Source: an uncultured Bacteriovoracaceae bacterium
Lineage (GTDB): Bacteria > Bdellovibrionota > Bacteriovoracia > Bacteriovoracales > Bacteriovoracaceae
Length of the DNA: 64,000 nucleotides
NCBI GenBank assembly: GCA_964012805.1
Contig: CAXGUD010000001.1
Span: forward strand, 160,001 to 224,000
Direction: 5' to 3'
The position numbers and the translations under genes were made by a program. This document shows positions 47,224-57,628 of this stretch, in pieces. The notes under the pieces are model-generated. The model was not told where the DNA came from. It made no database searches and saw nothing but the letters and a program-made list of their open reading frames with translations. Each line of letters opens with the position of its first letter. Position 1 is the first letter of the stretch.

Positions 47224-49581
47224 CTAGTCTCTTTTATTAACTTTATTGGCCGTAAAAAGAAAGTAATTATCTTTTATTATAGGAAGCATTACCATACAAA
47301 CGAAGTACATAGAAAGTTGGCCTAAAAGAGAAATCCAAGCGATTCCTCTCAACATTTTAGCTTCTGCAAAAAATAGTGAACTAAAACCCAACAATGTCGT
47401 CATCATGGCCAGTTGAACAGGCTGAGCGACAAATCTCGCACTCTCCAAGGAGTGGCCACCTGTTAGCTCTCGATGTTTAACATGAACCCCCATATCGACA
47501 CCAGCAGCTAAAACAGCAGGAATCATTGCAACATTCATAATCGTAAAGCGAACTTGAAAAAGGCCCATAAGACAAACTAGAAACAAAAGTCCGAGGATTA
47601 GCTGACCTTCTAGTAAGAGTGCTGACTTTACATTTTGAAAGTCTAACCAAAAAATAATAAAGGCCCCGATTAAAAACATCATAAGTACAATACGACCATC
47701 TTTTATAATTTTTTTTAATATTTCTAAAAATACGAGAGTATCACTACCGATTTTAATATCCGGAAATTTCTCTAAAGCAGAATTTAAAACTTTTCCATAC
47801 CTAAAGATTGTTTGGTAGCTTCCTTGCCTTTCTTTTGGATAAATAATAACAATATTACCACTTTTACCAAAAGCACTTCTAAGCTGAATTGGCAGATCCT
47901 CCCTTTTATAGGGCTTTGCTCTCAACCATTTTTTTATTTTTTCAGAGGAAATGCCTGTTTTTTCTTCTAAGTTTTTAGTCTCAACTTTATCTAACCTTTT
48001 TCTTAACTTTTTTAACTTCCTCTCTCTTTTTTTCATATGATCTGGAACAAGATGATAAAGAGAAACAGCTTCTTCAATAATATGACTCCTTTTAGGATCT
48101 AGTAACCATTTCCTCAGTTTTAGAGCTTGGTCTTTATCACGGGTCAGCACAGCAGTAGGTGTCAAAGCCTTTCCAAAAAGTTCATCGGTCAAATCATTAA
48201 ACCATCTCGTTTTTTTTGAAAAGTCATGCATTCTTTCAAAGTTATATTCGAACTCAGCTTTGGTTAGGCCATAAATTAATATAGGAACTATAAATAGAAG
48301 GGGAATTAGCCATTTCTCTGTAAAAGGATAAATTCCGAATAAGTTTCTAAGAGCACGTCCTCTAGTCCTTTCTACTGGTAAAAAATGTGCCATAAAAGGA
48401 AAAAAGAGCATAAAAACGAAATAAATTGAAAGAACACCACAGCCAGCAATAACACCAAGCTCAGAAAAACCTCTAAAGTCACTAAAAGATAAGATAAGAA
48501 AAGCAGACGCGGATGTAATAGCAGCAGAATATAGAACTCTCCCCATTTTTAGGTAGGTCCTTAACATGGCCTCTTCTTTAGTGAGGCCAAAAGAAATATT
48601 TTGATAAAAACGCCTTATAAAATGAATTCCATACTCAGCTCCCAAACCACTTAAAATCGCCAATAAAAAGCCTGTTAAAATATTTATCTGTCCAACAAAC
48701 TGGTGGGCGAATCCCAATGTCCAACCCATGGCAAGGACAACACCAAGAATTGAAAGAAATACTGCCTTGAAAGCTCCAAGACCCATTAAAAGAATGATCG
48801 TTATAGAAAATAAGCTAATCGTACCTGTGAGGACCATGTCCTTTTTGAATTGATCCGTATCATTAATAACCTCAACAAAACGCCCGGAAAGCTCATAAGG
48901 CACATTCTTCTCACCTAGAAAACTATTTAAGCGGGCCTTGATTTCATTGGCCATCTTTTTGGATTTGCCCAGGTCCATTGAATGAAATAGAGGCTTTACC
49001 AGCAACATTGCATACTTTTCATTTTTTGAAAGAAAGTATCTAGAAAAATCTTTTTTAATTTTTAAATTTTTAAAATAATCTAGGGCCTTTTCTTCTTTCT
49101 CCCTTTTAATTTCTTCATCCTCAAGGCCTAAGTCAATAAGGCCACCGTGTCCAAAAAGAGACTTCACATGCTTAATAAGTTTTTTGAACTCACCTCTTTC
49201 CATCAGGTAAAGACTTTTATCCTTTAGAGAATATTCTTCCCTTTCAAAATAAATATACCTGACTCCTTCGATACCATTTAGTGTCTTTTTTATACCAGGT
49301 AGATATTGCTCAGGTTTTTCTGTAGGTCCAACTAAAATGAGAAGATGACCTCCTCCTCCAACTTCATCTGTTACTGATTCCATGTCCGAAACACTTTTGG
49401 AATGCTCTGGTAAAAGGTCAGTTAAAGAAAGTGATACAGGAAGATTAAGACCTTGTGAGATCCCCCATAAAAAAGGAATAAGGACGAGAAAAACCCCAAA
49501 GTACTTGTGCTTCAAGTTGTAGTGCAAGAAACTCTCAATCTTCAGAGACTTTATGATTCGGTAAAAAGAAAATGGTTTCAT
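47224..49581 (-). CDS. MMPL/RND family transporter (HpnN-like)
   Basis: Two RND repeats; GLGAEYGIHF, AAITSASAF, FRGFSELG, GVDMGVH, TTLLGFSSL. Confidence 0.88.
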   Translation of the reverse strand: MKPFSFYRIIKSLKIESFLHYNLKHKYFGVFLVLIPFLWGISQGLNLPVSLSLTDLLPEHSKSVSDMESVTDEVGGGGHLLILVGPTEKPEQYLPGIKKTLNGIEGVRYIYFEREEYSLKDKSLYLMERGEFKKLIKHVKSLFGHGGLIDLGLEDEEIKREKEEKALDYFKNLKIKKDFSRYFLSKNEKYAMLLVKPLFHSMDLGKSKKMANEIKARLNSFLGEKNVPYELSGRFVEVINDTDQFKKDMVLTGTISLFSITIILLMGLGAFKAVFLSILGVVLAMGWTLGFAHQFVGQINILTGFLLAILSGLGAEYGIHFIRRFYQNISFGLTKEEAMLRTYLKMGRVLYSAAITSASAFLILSFSDFRGFSELGVIAGCGVLSIYFVFMLFFPFMAHFLPVERTRGRALRNLFGIYPFTEKWLIPLLFIVPILIYGLTKAEFEYNFERMHDFSKKTRWFNDLTDELFGKALTPTAVLTRDKDQALKLRKWLLDPKRSHIIEEAVSLYHLVPDHMKKRERKLKKLRKRLDKVETKNLEEKTGISSEKIKKWLRAKPYKREDLPIQLRSAFGKSGNIVIIYPKERQGSYQTIFRYGKVLNSALEKFPDIKIGSDTLVFLEILKKIIKDGRIVLMMFLIGAFIIFWLDFQNVKSALLLEGQLILGLLFLVCLMGLFQVRFTIMNVAMIPAVLAAGVDMGVHVKHRELTGGHSLESARFVAQPVQLAMMTTLLGFSSLFFAEAKMLRGIAWISLLGQLSMYFVCMVMLPIIKDNYFLFTANKVNKRD

Positions 49582-49685
49582 TTCTTACATGATACCATGA
49601 CCTATGATTGACAAGAAAAAGAAATTTTAGGATGATATTTTTGCTACGCACTAAAGAACCGAATATAGAAACCGAGGAAAATGGA

Positions 49686-50276
49686 TTGGAATACTTCAAA
49701 CAACCTGCGTCATCAACTCTGATTAAAATTCTTATTGCTTTTCTTTTAGTCTCAAAAGGCCAAGCCTCTTTAAGTGTTGAACCAGAGGAAATTGTAAAAA
49801 AAATATTTCAATTGGCCAAGGATAAAGAATTAAAAAGCAGTAAAAAACAACAATTAAAGATTGAAGAAATGTTCAATTTTAAGGTTATGAGTAATGATAT
49901 CTTAGGTAAAAACTCCCTGAAACAAAGTCCTAAGGAAGTCGACTGGTTTCATCAAACCATAAAAGGAATCATAACTAAAACAATTTACCCTAAAGCACCA
50001 AACTTCTTAAATGAGGTAAAAATAGAATACAAAAACATAGAAAAAAATAATTACCGTGCGACAGTCTATTCTATTGTAAAAAGTAAAGGTGAAGAAACAG
50101 AGGTCGATTACAACTTGAAACTTATAAACAATAACTGGAAGGTCGTTAATGTGATTATCGACGATGAAAGTTGGGTGGAAAATATATCTGAAAAGGTTGA
50201 AACAGTCATAAAGAAAAAAAAGTGGAAAGGTCTTAAAAAGCTACTAACAAAGAAATTAAAAGAACTTAAAAAGTAA
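49686..50276 (+). CDS. MlaC/Ttg2D/HpnM-like periplasmic lipid-binding protein
   Basis: FNFKVMS..ILG, VDYNL…WKVVNVIIDDESWV; likely TTG start at 49686 after GAGGA, with signal peptide. Confidence 0.75.
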   Translation: MEYFKQPASSTLIKILIAFLLVSKGQASLSVEPEEIVKKIFQLAKDKELKSSKKQQLKIEEMFNFKVMSNDILGKNSLKQSPKEVDWFHQTIKGIITKTIYPKAPNFLNEVKIEYKNIEKNNYRATVYSIVKSKGEETEVDYNLKLINNNWKVVNVIIDDESWVENISEKVETVIKKKKWKGLKKLLTKKLKELKK

Positions 50277-50285
50277 AAAATAGTA

Positions 50286-51623
50286 ATGGACTTAAAAATA
50301 TTAATTTTTTTACTCTCACTTACTTTAAACTTTCCACATATTGCATGGACTTCTGATAATATACAGACAATAACCATAGAAAAAGCAATAGGCCTCTCGC
50401 TAAAAAATAGTGAACTTCTTAAAGAAAAAAAATCTATTGTAAATAACTTCTCAAACCTTAAAAAGAGAATAAAAGGTGAATTTAACCCCAAGGTTAATAT
50501 CACTTTTGGTGCTGGGCCAGTTAATAAAGAAACTGGTAATTCAGTCACTAGTCAAAAAGAAAGCTCTTTAGGCCCTTTATTCCTCGGAAGTTTAAAATTA
50601 ACTTATCCTATTTGGACTTGGGGAAAAAAGTCAGATCTTATTAGAGCGGCTTCTTATGGAAAAGATGTTGAAAAAGAAAATGTTGCAATCCAAAAACTTG
50701 ATATCATCTACAATGTCAAAAAGTTTTATTATGGTAATCTGCTAGCAAAAACACTTCTTAGGTTTGCAGAAGAAACAGAAACTGATGTCTTAGATATCAT
50801 AAAAACGATGAAAGAGAAAAAAGCCTCTAAAGAGGATCGTTACCGAATTGAAATTTTAGCATCTGAAATAAAAACAAAAGTTATAGAGATTAAAAAGCAA
50901 GAAAAACTAACAATTAAAGCATTAAATTTTTTTGTGGGTAGAAACGACAACGAGCTCACTCTAAAAACAGATAAAAACTGGCTTGAATTTCAGAAAAGGC
51001 CACTTAAAAAGGATCAATATTACCTCAATCTGGCGAAAAATCACCTCCCACAGCTAAAACAAATAAAGTCAGGAATAAAAGCGAAATCAAGCCTTCTATC
51101 AGCAGAAAAAAAGAATAAATACCCTTTATTTGTTTTTCTTGCTGAAGGAAAATACGGTAAGACATCTCAAATGACAGATCAGAAAAGCTCCTTCAGTTAC
51201 GATCCATACAACCAAAAAGTATTGTCAGCTGGGTTTGGACTTACCCTAGATATCGATTGGGGAGTTACAAGTTCTAAGATTGAAACTATCAAATCAGAGT
51301 TAACCCAACTTCGTTTAAAAAAGTCTTTTGCTAAAAGAGGAATGTCTTTAAAAGTTATGCAAGCACTTGAAGACCTAAAATCCTCCATTGAGAAGGTAAA
51401 ATATCAAAAAAGATCAAAAAAATATGCAAAGAAATGGCTTAGCAGAGTCGTTATGGCCGTAAGTATGGGACTTTTGGATAGTAAAAAAATTTCTGATGTA
51501 TACTCCGCAAGGGCCATGACATTTAAAAATTACCTTGAAGCTGTTTATGAAAATTATATGGCCTGGGCGAACTTGAGTAAACTTATAGGAAAAGAGGTAG
51601 ACCCCCTATTATCAGAAAAATAG
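50286..51623 (+). CDS. TolC family outer membrane efflux protein
   Basis: ITIEKAI..SLKN, YPIWTWGK, VKKFYY, HLPQL, two helical repeats. Confidence 0.85.
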   Translation: MDLKILIFLLSLTLNFPHIAWTSDNIQTITIEKAIGLSLKNSELLKEKKSIVNNFSNLKKRIKGEFNPKVNITFGAGPVNKETGNSVTSQKESSLGPLFLGSLKLTYPIWTWGKKSDLIRAASYGKDVEKENVAIQKLDIIYNVKKFYYGNLLAKTLLRFAEETETDVLDIIKTMKEKKASKEDRYRIEILASEIKTKVIEIKKQEKLTIKALNFFVGRNDNELTLKTDKNWLEFQKRPLKKDQYYLNLAKNHLPQLKQIKSGIKAKSSLLSAEKKNKYPLFVFLAEGKYGKTSQMTDQKSSFSYDPYNQKVLSAGFGLTLDIDWGVTSSKIETIKSELTQLRLKKSFAKRGMSLKVMQALEDLKSSIEKVKYQKRSKKYAKKWLSRVVMAVSMGLLDSKKISDVYSARAMTFKNYLEAVYENYMAWANLSKLIGKEVDPLLSEK

Positions 51624-51728
51624 CAGTTTTTTACTCCCCCCTTAAACCGTGATTTTAGATCTGTTTTTATCCAAAAAAAATATTTCAAAAATATTTAACT
51701 TAAATACTGATTGTCCGTTGAGTGGATT

Positions 51729-52535
51729 ATGAATAAACGAAGTGTAATAGCCAGTACCATTCTTATTCCAATATGCTCTACGTCTCTAGGAAGCACAAAG
51801 GCCATTGGAGATTTTTATATTGTAAAGGAAGGTGAGTCATTTTCTAAAATTGCTGAAAAAATGCGTTTTACTTACAGAGGATGGAGTTTCAGAAAAAGGT
51901 TTGAATCCCTCTTAAAAGAAAACCCCCAAATATCTGACGTAAATAAGGTTTTTCCTGGAGATAAACTCTCGCTTCCTTCAAAAGACGAGGAATCTATTAA
52001 AATACAAAACCTAAGCTCTAATGAAGATATAAATCCAAAGATAGTTATAACAAATTCATCAAGAGTACCGCAAGAAAAGGTTGAAAAGATTGAAAAAGAA
52101 TTAGTGAGTAATGATAAAAAAAGTTTGGATAAAAACTATAAATTATACTATGTAAAAAAAGGTGAAACACTCTCTCAGATTGCTCAAAAAACTATTGGTA
52201 AGCCCGTTTTTGACAATAAAATTGGATCTCTTCAACTTCTTCTAAGATACAATATGCAAATTAAAAGTCCGGATAATATTGAAGTGGGAGATAAAATATT
52301 TATTCCTTCTTTAGAGGAAATAGAGCTATACAAATTTTTAAAAACAAGAGAAGCAAAAGCTAAGAAAAAAAACCCCAGCCTAGGTAATAATAAGCTATTT
52401 TCCAAGCCAAAAATTATTGACTACTTACCGGAAAAAAAAGAAGTTATAAAAACAAACGAAAAAGTCTGGGTAAAAAAATTACTTCAAGGTGACGAGCACT
52501 TAAATTTTTTGTGGTGCTCTCCAAACTGCAAATAA
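51729..52535 (+). CDS. Double LysM domain protein
   Basis: YIVKEGESFSKIA…NPQISDVNKVFPGDKL; YYVKKGETLSQIA…PDNIEVGDKIFIP. Confidence 0.85.
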   Translation: MNKRSVIASTILIPICSTSLGSTKAIGDFYIVKEGESFSKIAEKMRFTYRGWSFRKRFESLLKENPQISDVNKVFPGDKLSLPSKDEESIKIQNLSSNEDINPKIVITNSSRVPQEKVEKIEKELVSNDKKSLDKNYKLYYVKKGETLSQIAQKTIGKPVFDNKIGSLQLLLRYNMQIKSPDNIEVGDKIFIPSLEEIELYKFLKTREAKAKKKNPSLGNNKLFSKPKIIDYLPEKKEVIKTNEKVWVKKLLQGDEHLNFLWCSPNCK

Positions 52536-52540
52536 AGATT

Positions 52541-54274
52541 TCATATTTTATTTCCAATGATAAATGAAAATTCTTTGGTACTTAAATTTCCAACACGGTC
52601 TTTTGCAAAGATCTTAATCGTATATTGACCTTTTTTCCATAATTCAAGTGGCCCTTTGTATTTTTTTAAAACTCCACCCAGTTTATAAGAAATTGTACGA
52701 GTTCCAGACTTTTTATCACTTGCAGCTAAAAATAAGCGGCTACCAGGGAAATAGACCGTTAGATTTTTGTCTTCAGATGCTCTTTTTCCTAGTCCTGTAT
52801 TACTAAAATGATGAAAAATTTCAGGTGGAGTATTATCAACAACAACCTTTGAACTATTTGGAGTTTGAGAATTATTAACATTATCAATTGAGAAGTAAGT
52901 GAAGTTATAAACTCCTTCATTTGTTAAATTAAAGGAAGACTTAAAAACTCTTTCATTTGAGTCATTTATTTTATACCTAATTTCCTGAACACCACTCCCA
53001 ATATCTCTGGCATCAAAATTAATTTTTGTACTTTTGGAAATAAATACTTTTTCAAAAACCGGTATGTAGGGTCCTTCAAATTTTTGTTCGACAAAGGGCG
53101 GTAGTAAATCTAATATAAGCTTAATCTTTTTAGAACCAGACCAGTTATTTAATTCATCCACGGCTTTGTAAGTAATTTCATGTTTCCCTAGAACCTTTGG
53201 TAAAGAAAAACTTCCTCCGAAATTTCTATACTTTCCATTTTTGTATTTCCATATAATTTTTTTAACAGCAACTTGTTCATCACGAGCAGTAATATTTACC
53301 TTTGACCTTTGACTTACATAAATTCTCTCTCCTCTTACATGTTGATCACCGATAATATCGGCATCAAAAGCAGGAGGGGTTCTATCAAGGTAAAATTCAA
53401 CTTTTTTTGTTTCTTCTTTATTTTCCACATTATCAATCGCATAATAGGATAAAGTATAAGGGCCATCAGGAAGCTTCTTCATGGAAAGCCTTGAAGATCT
53501 ATAGACACCGCTTCGCTCGTAATCCGGTGAAGAGAAATCAAAATATAGTTTTTTTACCTTGGAACTTGCATCCTGACTTTGCAAACCAATTGTCACATTT
53601 CTTGAAAATACATTTTTTATTCTCAAACCTTTAATCATATAAGATGTTTCAGGTGGAGTAAGGTCTACAATAAAGTTTATATTTTTGTCATGAGACCTAT
53701 TACCAACATTATCCATACTATAAGCGACTAAATCGTATTTCTTCTCTTTATTAAAGGTAAAGGGACCGTTATATGGCTGAAATGGTCTATCGTTTATGGA
53801 AATAAATGTTTTTTTAACACCTGATAGTCCATCTTTAGACATTAGAGTTAACTCTACAGGCTCTCCCATATATAAGTCTTTTCCATTAAAATACCTCGGA
53901 ACTTTATTGTATTTATAGTTAAGCTTTGGTCCCTTGCTATCCAGATAAAGCCTAAATGTTGTAGATGGATCAACCGTCTTACCAAGATGAAAGTGAGCTA
54001 TCTTATGCATACCTGGGTTTTTAAAATTCATTGGAACTGGAGGTTTTGATCTATCTTTGGATCCTTCATTAAACCAAAGAACAGTTGGACTATCGTCATC
54101 TGGAGAAGTCGAGAGTTTTAAATATAGTGGCGCTTTATAATTTAGATAAACATTTTTGTTTTTATCTACATGGATTTTAGTTTCAAGGCTTTTACCATCA
54201 TCTATTTTTTCCAGTCCAAATATTGATAAGCTAACTAGAAAGCTTAGAGAAACTAACAAACTTTTTTTTCCCAT
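52541..54274 (-). CDS. Secreted multi-Ig-like repeat protein (OmpL47-type domains), paralog A
   Basis: Repeated DxTPP…D..SGV…Y…YxxDNVxN units. Confidence 0.75.
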   Translation of the reverse strand: MGKKSLLVSLSFLVSLSIFGLEKIDDGKSLETKIHVDKNKNVYLNYKAPLYLKLSTSPDDDSPTVLWFNEGSKDRSKPPVPMNFKNPGMHKIAHFHLGKTVDPSTTFRLYLDSKGPKLNYKYNKVPRYFNGKDLYMGEPVELTLMSKDGLSGVKKTFISINDRPFQPYNGPFTFNKEKKYDLVAYSMDNVGNRSHDKNINFIVDLTPPETSYMIKGLRIKNVFSRNVTIGLQSQDASSKVKKLYFDFSSPDYERSGVYRSSRLSMKKLPDGPYTLSYYAIDNVENKEETKKVEFYLDRTPPAFDADIIGDQHVRGERIYVSQRSKVNITARDEQVAVKKIIWKYKNGKYRNFGGSFSLPKVLGKHEITYKAVDELNNWSGSKKIKLILDLLPPFVEQKFEGPYIPVFEKVFISKSTKINFDARDIGSGVQEIRYKINDSNERVFKSSFNLTNEGVYNFTYFSIDNVNNSQTPNSSKVVVDNTPPEIFHHFSNTGLGKRASEDKNLTVYFPGSRLFLAASDKKSGTRTISYKLGGVLKKYKGPLELWKKGQYTIKIFAKDRVGNLSTKEFSFIIGNKI

Positions 54275-54310
54275 AATAAAACCTCTTAAAAGACCATAAC
54301 CCTACTTTTT

Positions 54311-54337
54311 TTATCGGCTATTTCCCTAAAAAGGTTA
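54311..54337 (-). promoter_or_regulatory. Putative sigma28 (FliA) promoter
   Basis: Minus strand TAAC-N15-GCCGATAA, 36 nt upstream of ATG 54274. Confidence 0.6.
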
Positions 54338-54401
54338 ACATCTAAATTCATTTAAACCATAGTAATTGATGAGGAAAAAAATGATTATTAGCAAGATCTA
54401 A

Positions 54402-56132
54402 TTATTTATATTTAGATATAATAAAAGATATTGTCATTCTGCTATCATTACCAACATGATCGTAACAAACAATTTCTAATTCATGTTTACCCTGGCGCCA
54501 GTATTGTAGTGGTTCTTTATACCTCTTTGCAATACCACCTACTTTATAAAAAATTGACTTTGTCCCTGATAACGAATCTGAAGAACCTAAATAGACTCTA
54601 CTACCTGGAAGTAAAACTGGAAACATCCTCCCTTTAACCTCTCTTTCTCCTATTTTTGTGTTACTAAAATGATAGTTTATTTCAGGAGGTGAACTATCAA
54701 CAACAAAAGTTGATTTTTGCTTAATCATAGTATTTCCAACTCTATCCCTAGCAAAGTAATGGAGGTTATATGTCCCTTCCTCCTTCAAATGAAAAGGCCT
54801 TTTATAGCCCTTCTCAGGTCCTTTTTCATTACCTCTATCGGCCCTATAAATAATTTCTCTTATACCAGAACCTGAATCAAAGGCTTTCAGTACAATCTGA
54901 CTTTTTGGGGAAATAAAACTCTTTTCAAAAATTGAAATTTTTTTGCCAATAACTTTAAACTCCATCACAGGTGGCAATAAGTCCAATATAACACTTAGTT
55001 TTTTCATTTTACCCCAATTTCCTAGAGAGTCAGTAGCATTATAAAAAATATCTTGAACTCCTCTATTTGGTGGAAGAGAAAAAGGTTCCTTAAATATTAT
55101 TGCCTTTGACTTTTTAAACTTCCATATAACTTTCTTTACATCAACTTTATTATCTGAAGACTTAATATTAACTTTTGATCGCCCTGAAACAAATATTTTT
55201 CCATTAAATTTAAACTGATCACCAATAATACTTGCTTTAAATTTTGGAGGCTTTTTATCCAAATGAAACTCTATCTTTTTTTCTTTCTCTCTGTTTTCTA
55301 CGTTATCTATACCATAAAAACGAAGTGTATAATCGCCGCCTGGAAAACTACTTATAGAGATATTCTTACCTCTAAAAAGTCCCCTCTTTCGAAATAGGCC
55401 AGTATTATTTTGAAAAACATAAATTATGTTTTTTAAACCAGATAACACATCTTTACCCTGAAAAGAGAACAATGCTTTTTTAGACAAAATGTTTTCCTTC
55501 CTTAGTCCCCTGATTTTATATGAGCTTGACGGTGGGGTCAGGTCCAGCTTGAAAGAAATTTTTTGATATTTACTCTTATTAGATACATTATCCACACTGT
55601 AAAATTTCAATTCGTAATAGTTTTCATCTTTCACTATTATTGGTTTAACAAACTTTTGTTCTTCAGAATCATTAATTTTAAAGTGAATTCCTCTAACACC
55701 AGAAAGAGCATCTCTTGCCTTTAAGTTTATTTTGAAAGGCTCTCCAAAGAATGTTCCCCCCACCCCTCTAAACTTAGGTGACTTTGTAAATATCCAGCTA
55801 ACTTGTGGAGGAGTTTTATCTAAAATAACTTTAAAGTTATTCTTCCTATTCAACTTTCCTTTTCTTTTATGTTGATGCCCAATTAAATGTGCTCCTTGAT
55901 TAAGAAGCTTTATTGACTCTTTTTTTCCATCCAAGTTAAATAAGGGAATAGAGTTTGCATCATCGTCACTTGAATTCGAAATTCTCAAAAAGAAATTCGC
56001 CCCACCCTTTAAGTAAATCCTTTTGTATTTATCTATATGAATTGTTTTTTCTGACAAATTGGCTGGAAAACCTTTTGAGTAAATAAAAGTTGATCCTAAA
56101 AGAAGAACAAATATGATACATTTCAACTTCAT
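54402..56132 (-). CDS. Secreted multi-Ig-like repeat protein (OmpL47-type domains), paralog B
   Basis: Collinear with paralog A (DLTPP, IIGDQ, LDLLPP, YHFSNT). Confidence 0.75.
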   Translation of the reverse strand: MKLKCIIFVLLLGSTFIYSKGFPANLSEKTIHIDKYKRIYLKGGANFFLRISNSSDDDANSIPLFNLDGKKESIKLLNQGAHLIGHQHKRKGKLNRKNNFKVILDKTPPQVSWIFTKSPKFRGVGGTFFGEPFKINLKARDALSGVRGIHFKINDSEEQKFVKPIIVKDENYYELKFYSVDNVSNKSKYQKISFKLDLTPPSSSYKIRGLRKENILSKKALFSFQGKDVLSGLKNIIYVFQNNTGLFRKRGLFRGKNISISSFPGGDYTLRFYGIDNVENREKEKKIEFHLDKKPPKFKASIIGDQFKFNGKIFVSGRSKVNIKSSDNKVDVKKVIWKFKKSKAIIFKEPFSLPPNRGVQDIFYNATDSLGNWGKMKKLSVILDLLPPVMEFKVIGKKISIFEKSFISPKSQIVLKAFDSGSGIREIIYRADRGNEKGPEKGYKRPFHLKEEGTYNLHYFARDRVGNTMIKQKSTFVVDSSPPEINYHFSNTKIGEREVKGRMFPVLLPGSRVYLGSSDSLSGTKSIFYKVGGIAKRYKEPLQYWRQGKHELEIVCYDHVGNDSRMTISFIISKYK

Positions 56133-56166
56133 ATTACCTCAGAGCATATTTCTAACCTAATTAAAT

Positions 56167-57351
56167 TTAAGAAGACTCCTTAAAAACATACTTGACGAGT
56201 GGAGCCCCCTCTTTAACTTCCTCAACTTCCCTTCTTAATGAATGGGCTCCTCCTGCACTTCTTATTGAAATAATACCTTTTTTTCTGTCTTCGCTATGTT
56301 CATGCATATTATTTATAAGCGTTAAATCTTTCCCCGTATCTAAACTCAATTTGCAAAAAGAACGAGAGGTCTGATTATTTTCAGAAAACTCTCTTTTCTT
56401 TTTTCCACCAGTAGGCTTTGGATTTTGCTTAAACTCTAAGCTAGAGTTATTTAACTTAACATAAACAAGGAGGTTTAGAATTAATTTCAAAAGACTCCTT
56501 TTTTTGTAATCCCTAGAAGGAAGGAGGTCTATATGACTTTGCCCTTCAATTATCTTGGCAGTAGGATCAGCAGTTAACTTTAAAGTTGTTAGCTGATTGT
56601 GTTTTCCAACATCATGATCCAAAATTTCTGAAAATCTCTCAAATAAAGATATTTCAATTGGAGAAAATGAAAAAATATTCAAGACGCCATCTTCACCTTG
56701 GCAGAAAGCCACTCCACTCAAGAATGTTTTCTCCTCCCTGAAGTAACTATCTATTTCTTTTTTGGTAGAGATAAAAACTGATTTTATTTTATTTTTAGTA
56801 CCATATAAAAATGTGTCTTCTTTTAAAAACTCGAAATAAAAGGTCTCCTCTTTCATTAAATGCTTTATTTCAATATCCCTGTCTCTATCTTCCAGGCACT
56901 CTTTTAAGTTGTCAGAAACAAGGAATATATTTTCCTCTCTTTCTTTAAAACTAGAAAATTGAAAACAAATATTACTCATTGTTTGAGGGGAATTTTTAAA
57001 AAGCCAAGAAACAGGTGAAATCACGCCCTCCTCAAGAAGGCTTTTCGCAAAATCTATGCTATCCTGCCGACTCCCTGAAAAGTGCTGAGGATCAAACTCA
57101 TTCCCTCCCCCGCCATTTTCCACAGCTTCTGAAAGTTTCATTATTTCTCTTTTGGAACTATAAAGGGCCCTTGAGTTTTTAAAAGCCTTCTTCAACCACT
57201 TATAGTTTTGATTCATTTTTTTTGATGCTTTCATGTCGCTCAACATATCCACAAAAAGCTTTTTAACCGGCCCATTCACATAATTTGGAGTTATCTCTAC
57301 AATTTTACTAGGATCATTTTTACTTTTTGACCTCGTTTTCTTATCACCCAT
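56167..57351 (-). CDS. Hypothetical protein
   Basis: 394-aa ORF with GGAGG RBS before ATG 57351. Confidence 0.7.
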   Translation of the reverse strand: MGDKKTRSKSKNDPSKIVEITPNYVNGPVKKLFVDMLSDMKASKKMNQNYKWLKKAFKNSRALYSSKREIMKLSEAVENGGGGNEFDPQHFSGSRQDSIDFAKSLLEEGVISPVSWLFKNSPQTMSNICFQFSSFKEREENIFLVSDNLKECLEDRDRDIEIKHLMKEETFYFEFLKEDTFLYGTKNKIKSVFISTKKEIDSYFREEKTFLSGVAFCQGEDGVLNIFSFSPIEISLFERFSEILDHDVGKHNQLTTLKLTADPTAKIIEGQSHIDLLPSRDYKKRSLLKLILNLLVYVKLNNSSLEFKQNPKPTGGKKKREFSENNQTSRSFCKLSLDTGKDLTLINNMHEHSEDRKKGIISIRSAGGAHSLRREVEEVKEGAPLVKYVFKESS

Positions 57352-57628
57352 GAGACCTCCCAAATAGAATCAACCACCTGAGGATTTTCTCACAAAAACA
57401 ATATTTTTTTTTCGTTTTTAATCATTTCTTAATATTTCAAGAAGTTTAGTATTATTTATTCTATTATTATTTAGAAAAAATGATTATTTAAAAGAGACAA
57501 AGGTGAACATATTAATGGCCATCAAGCATTTTCATTGTGCCCTATCAATAAAAAATGTTATAGTTTTGTTGGTCTAGAAGTGAGTTTTTTGAAATTTAAA
57601 TTAACTAAAAAAGAAAAAGGCAAACATA

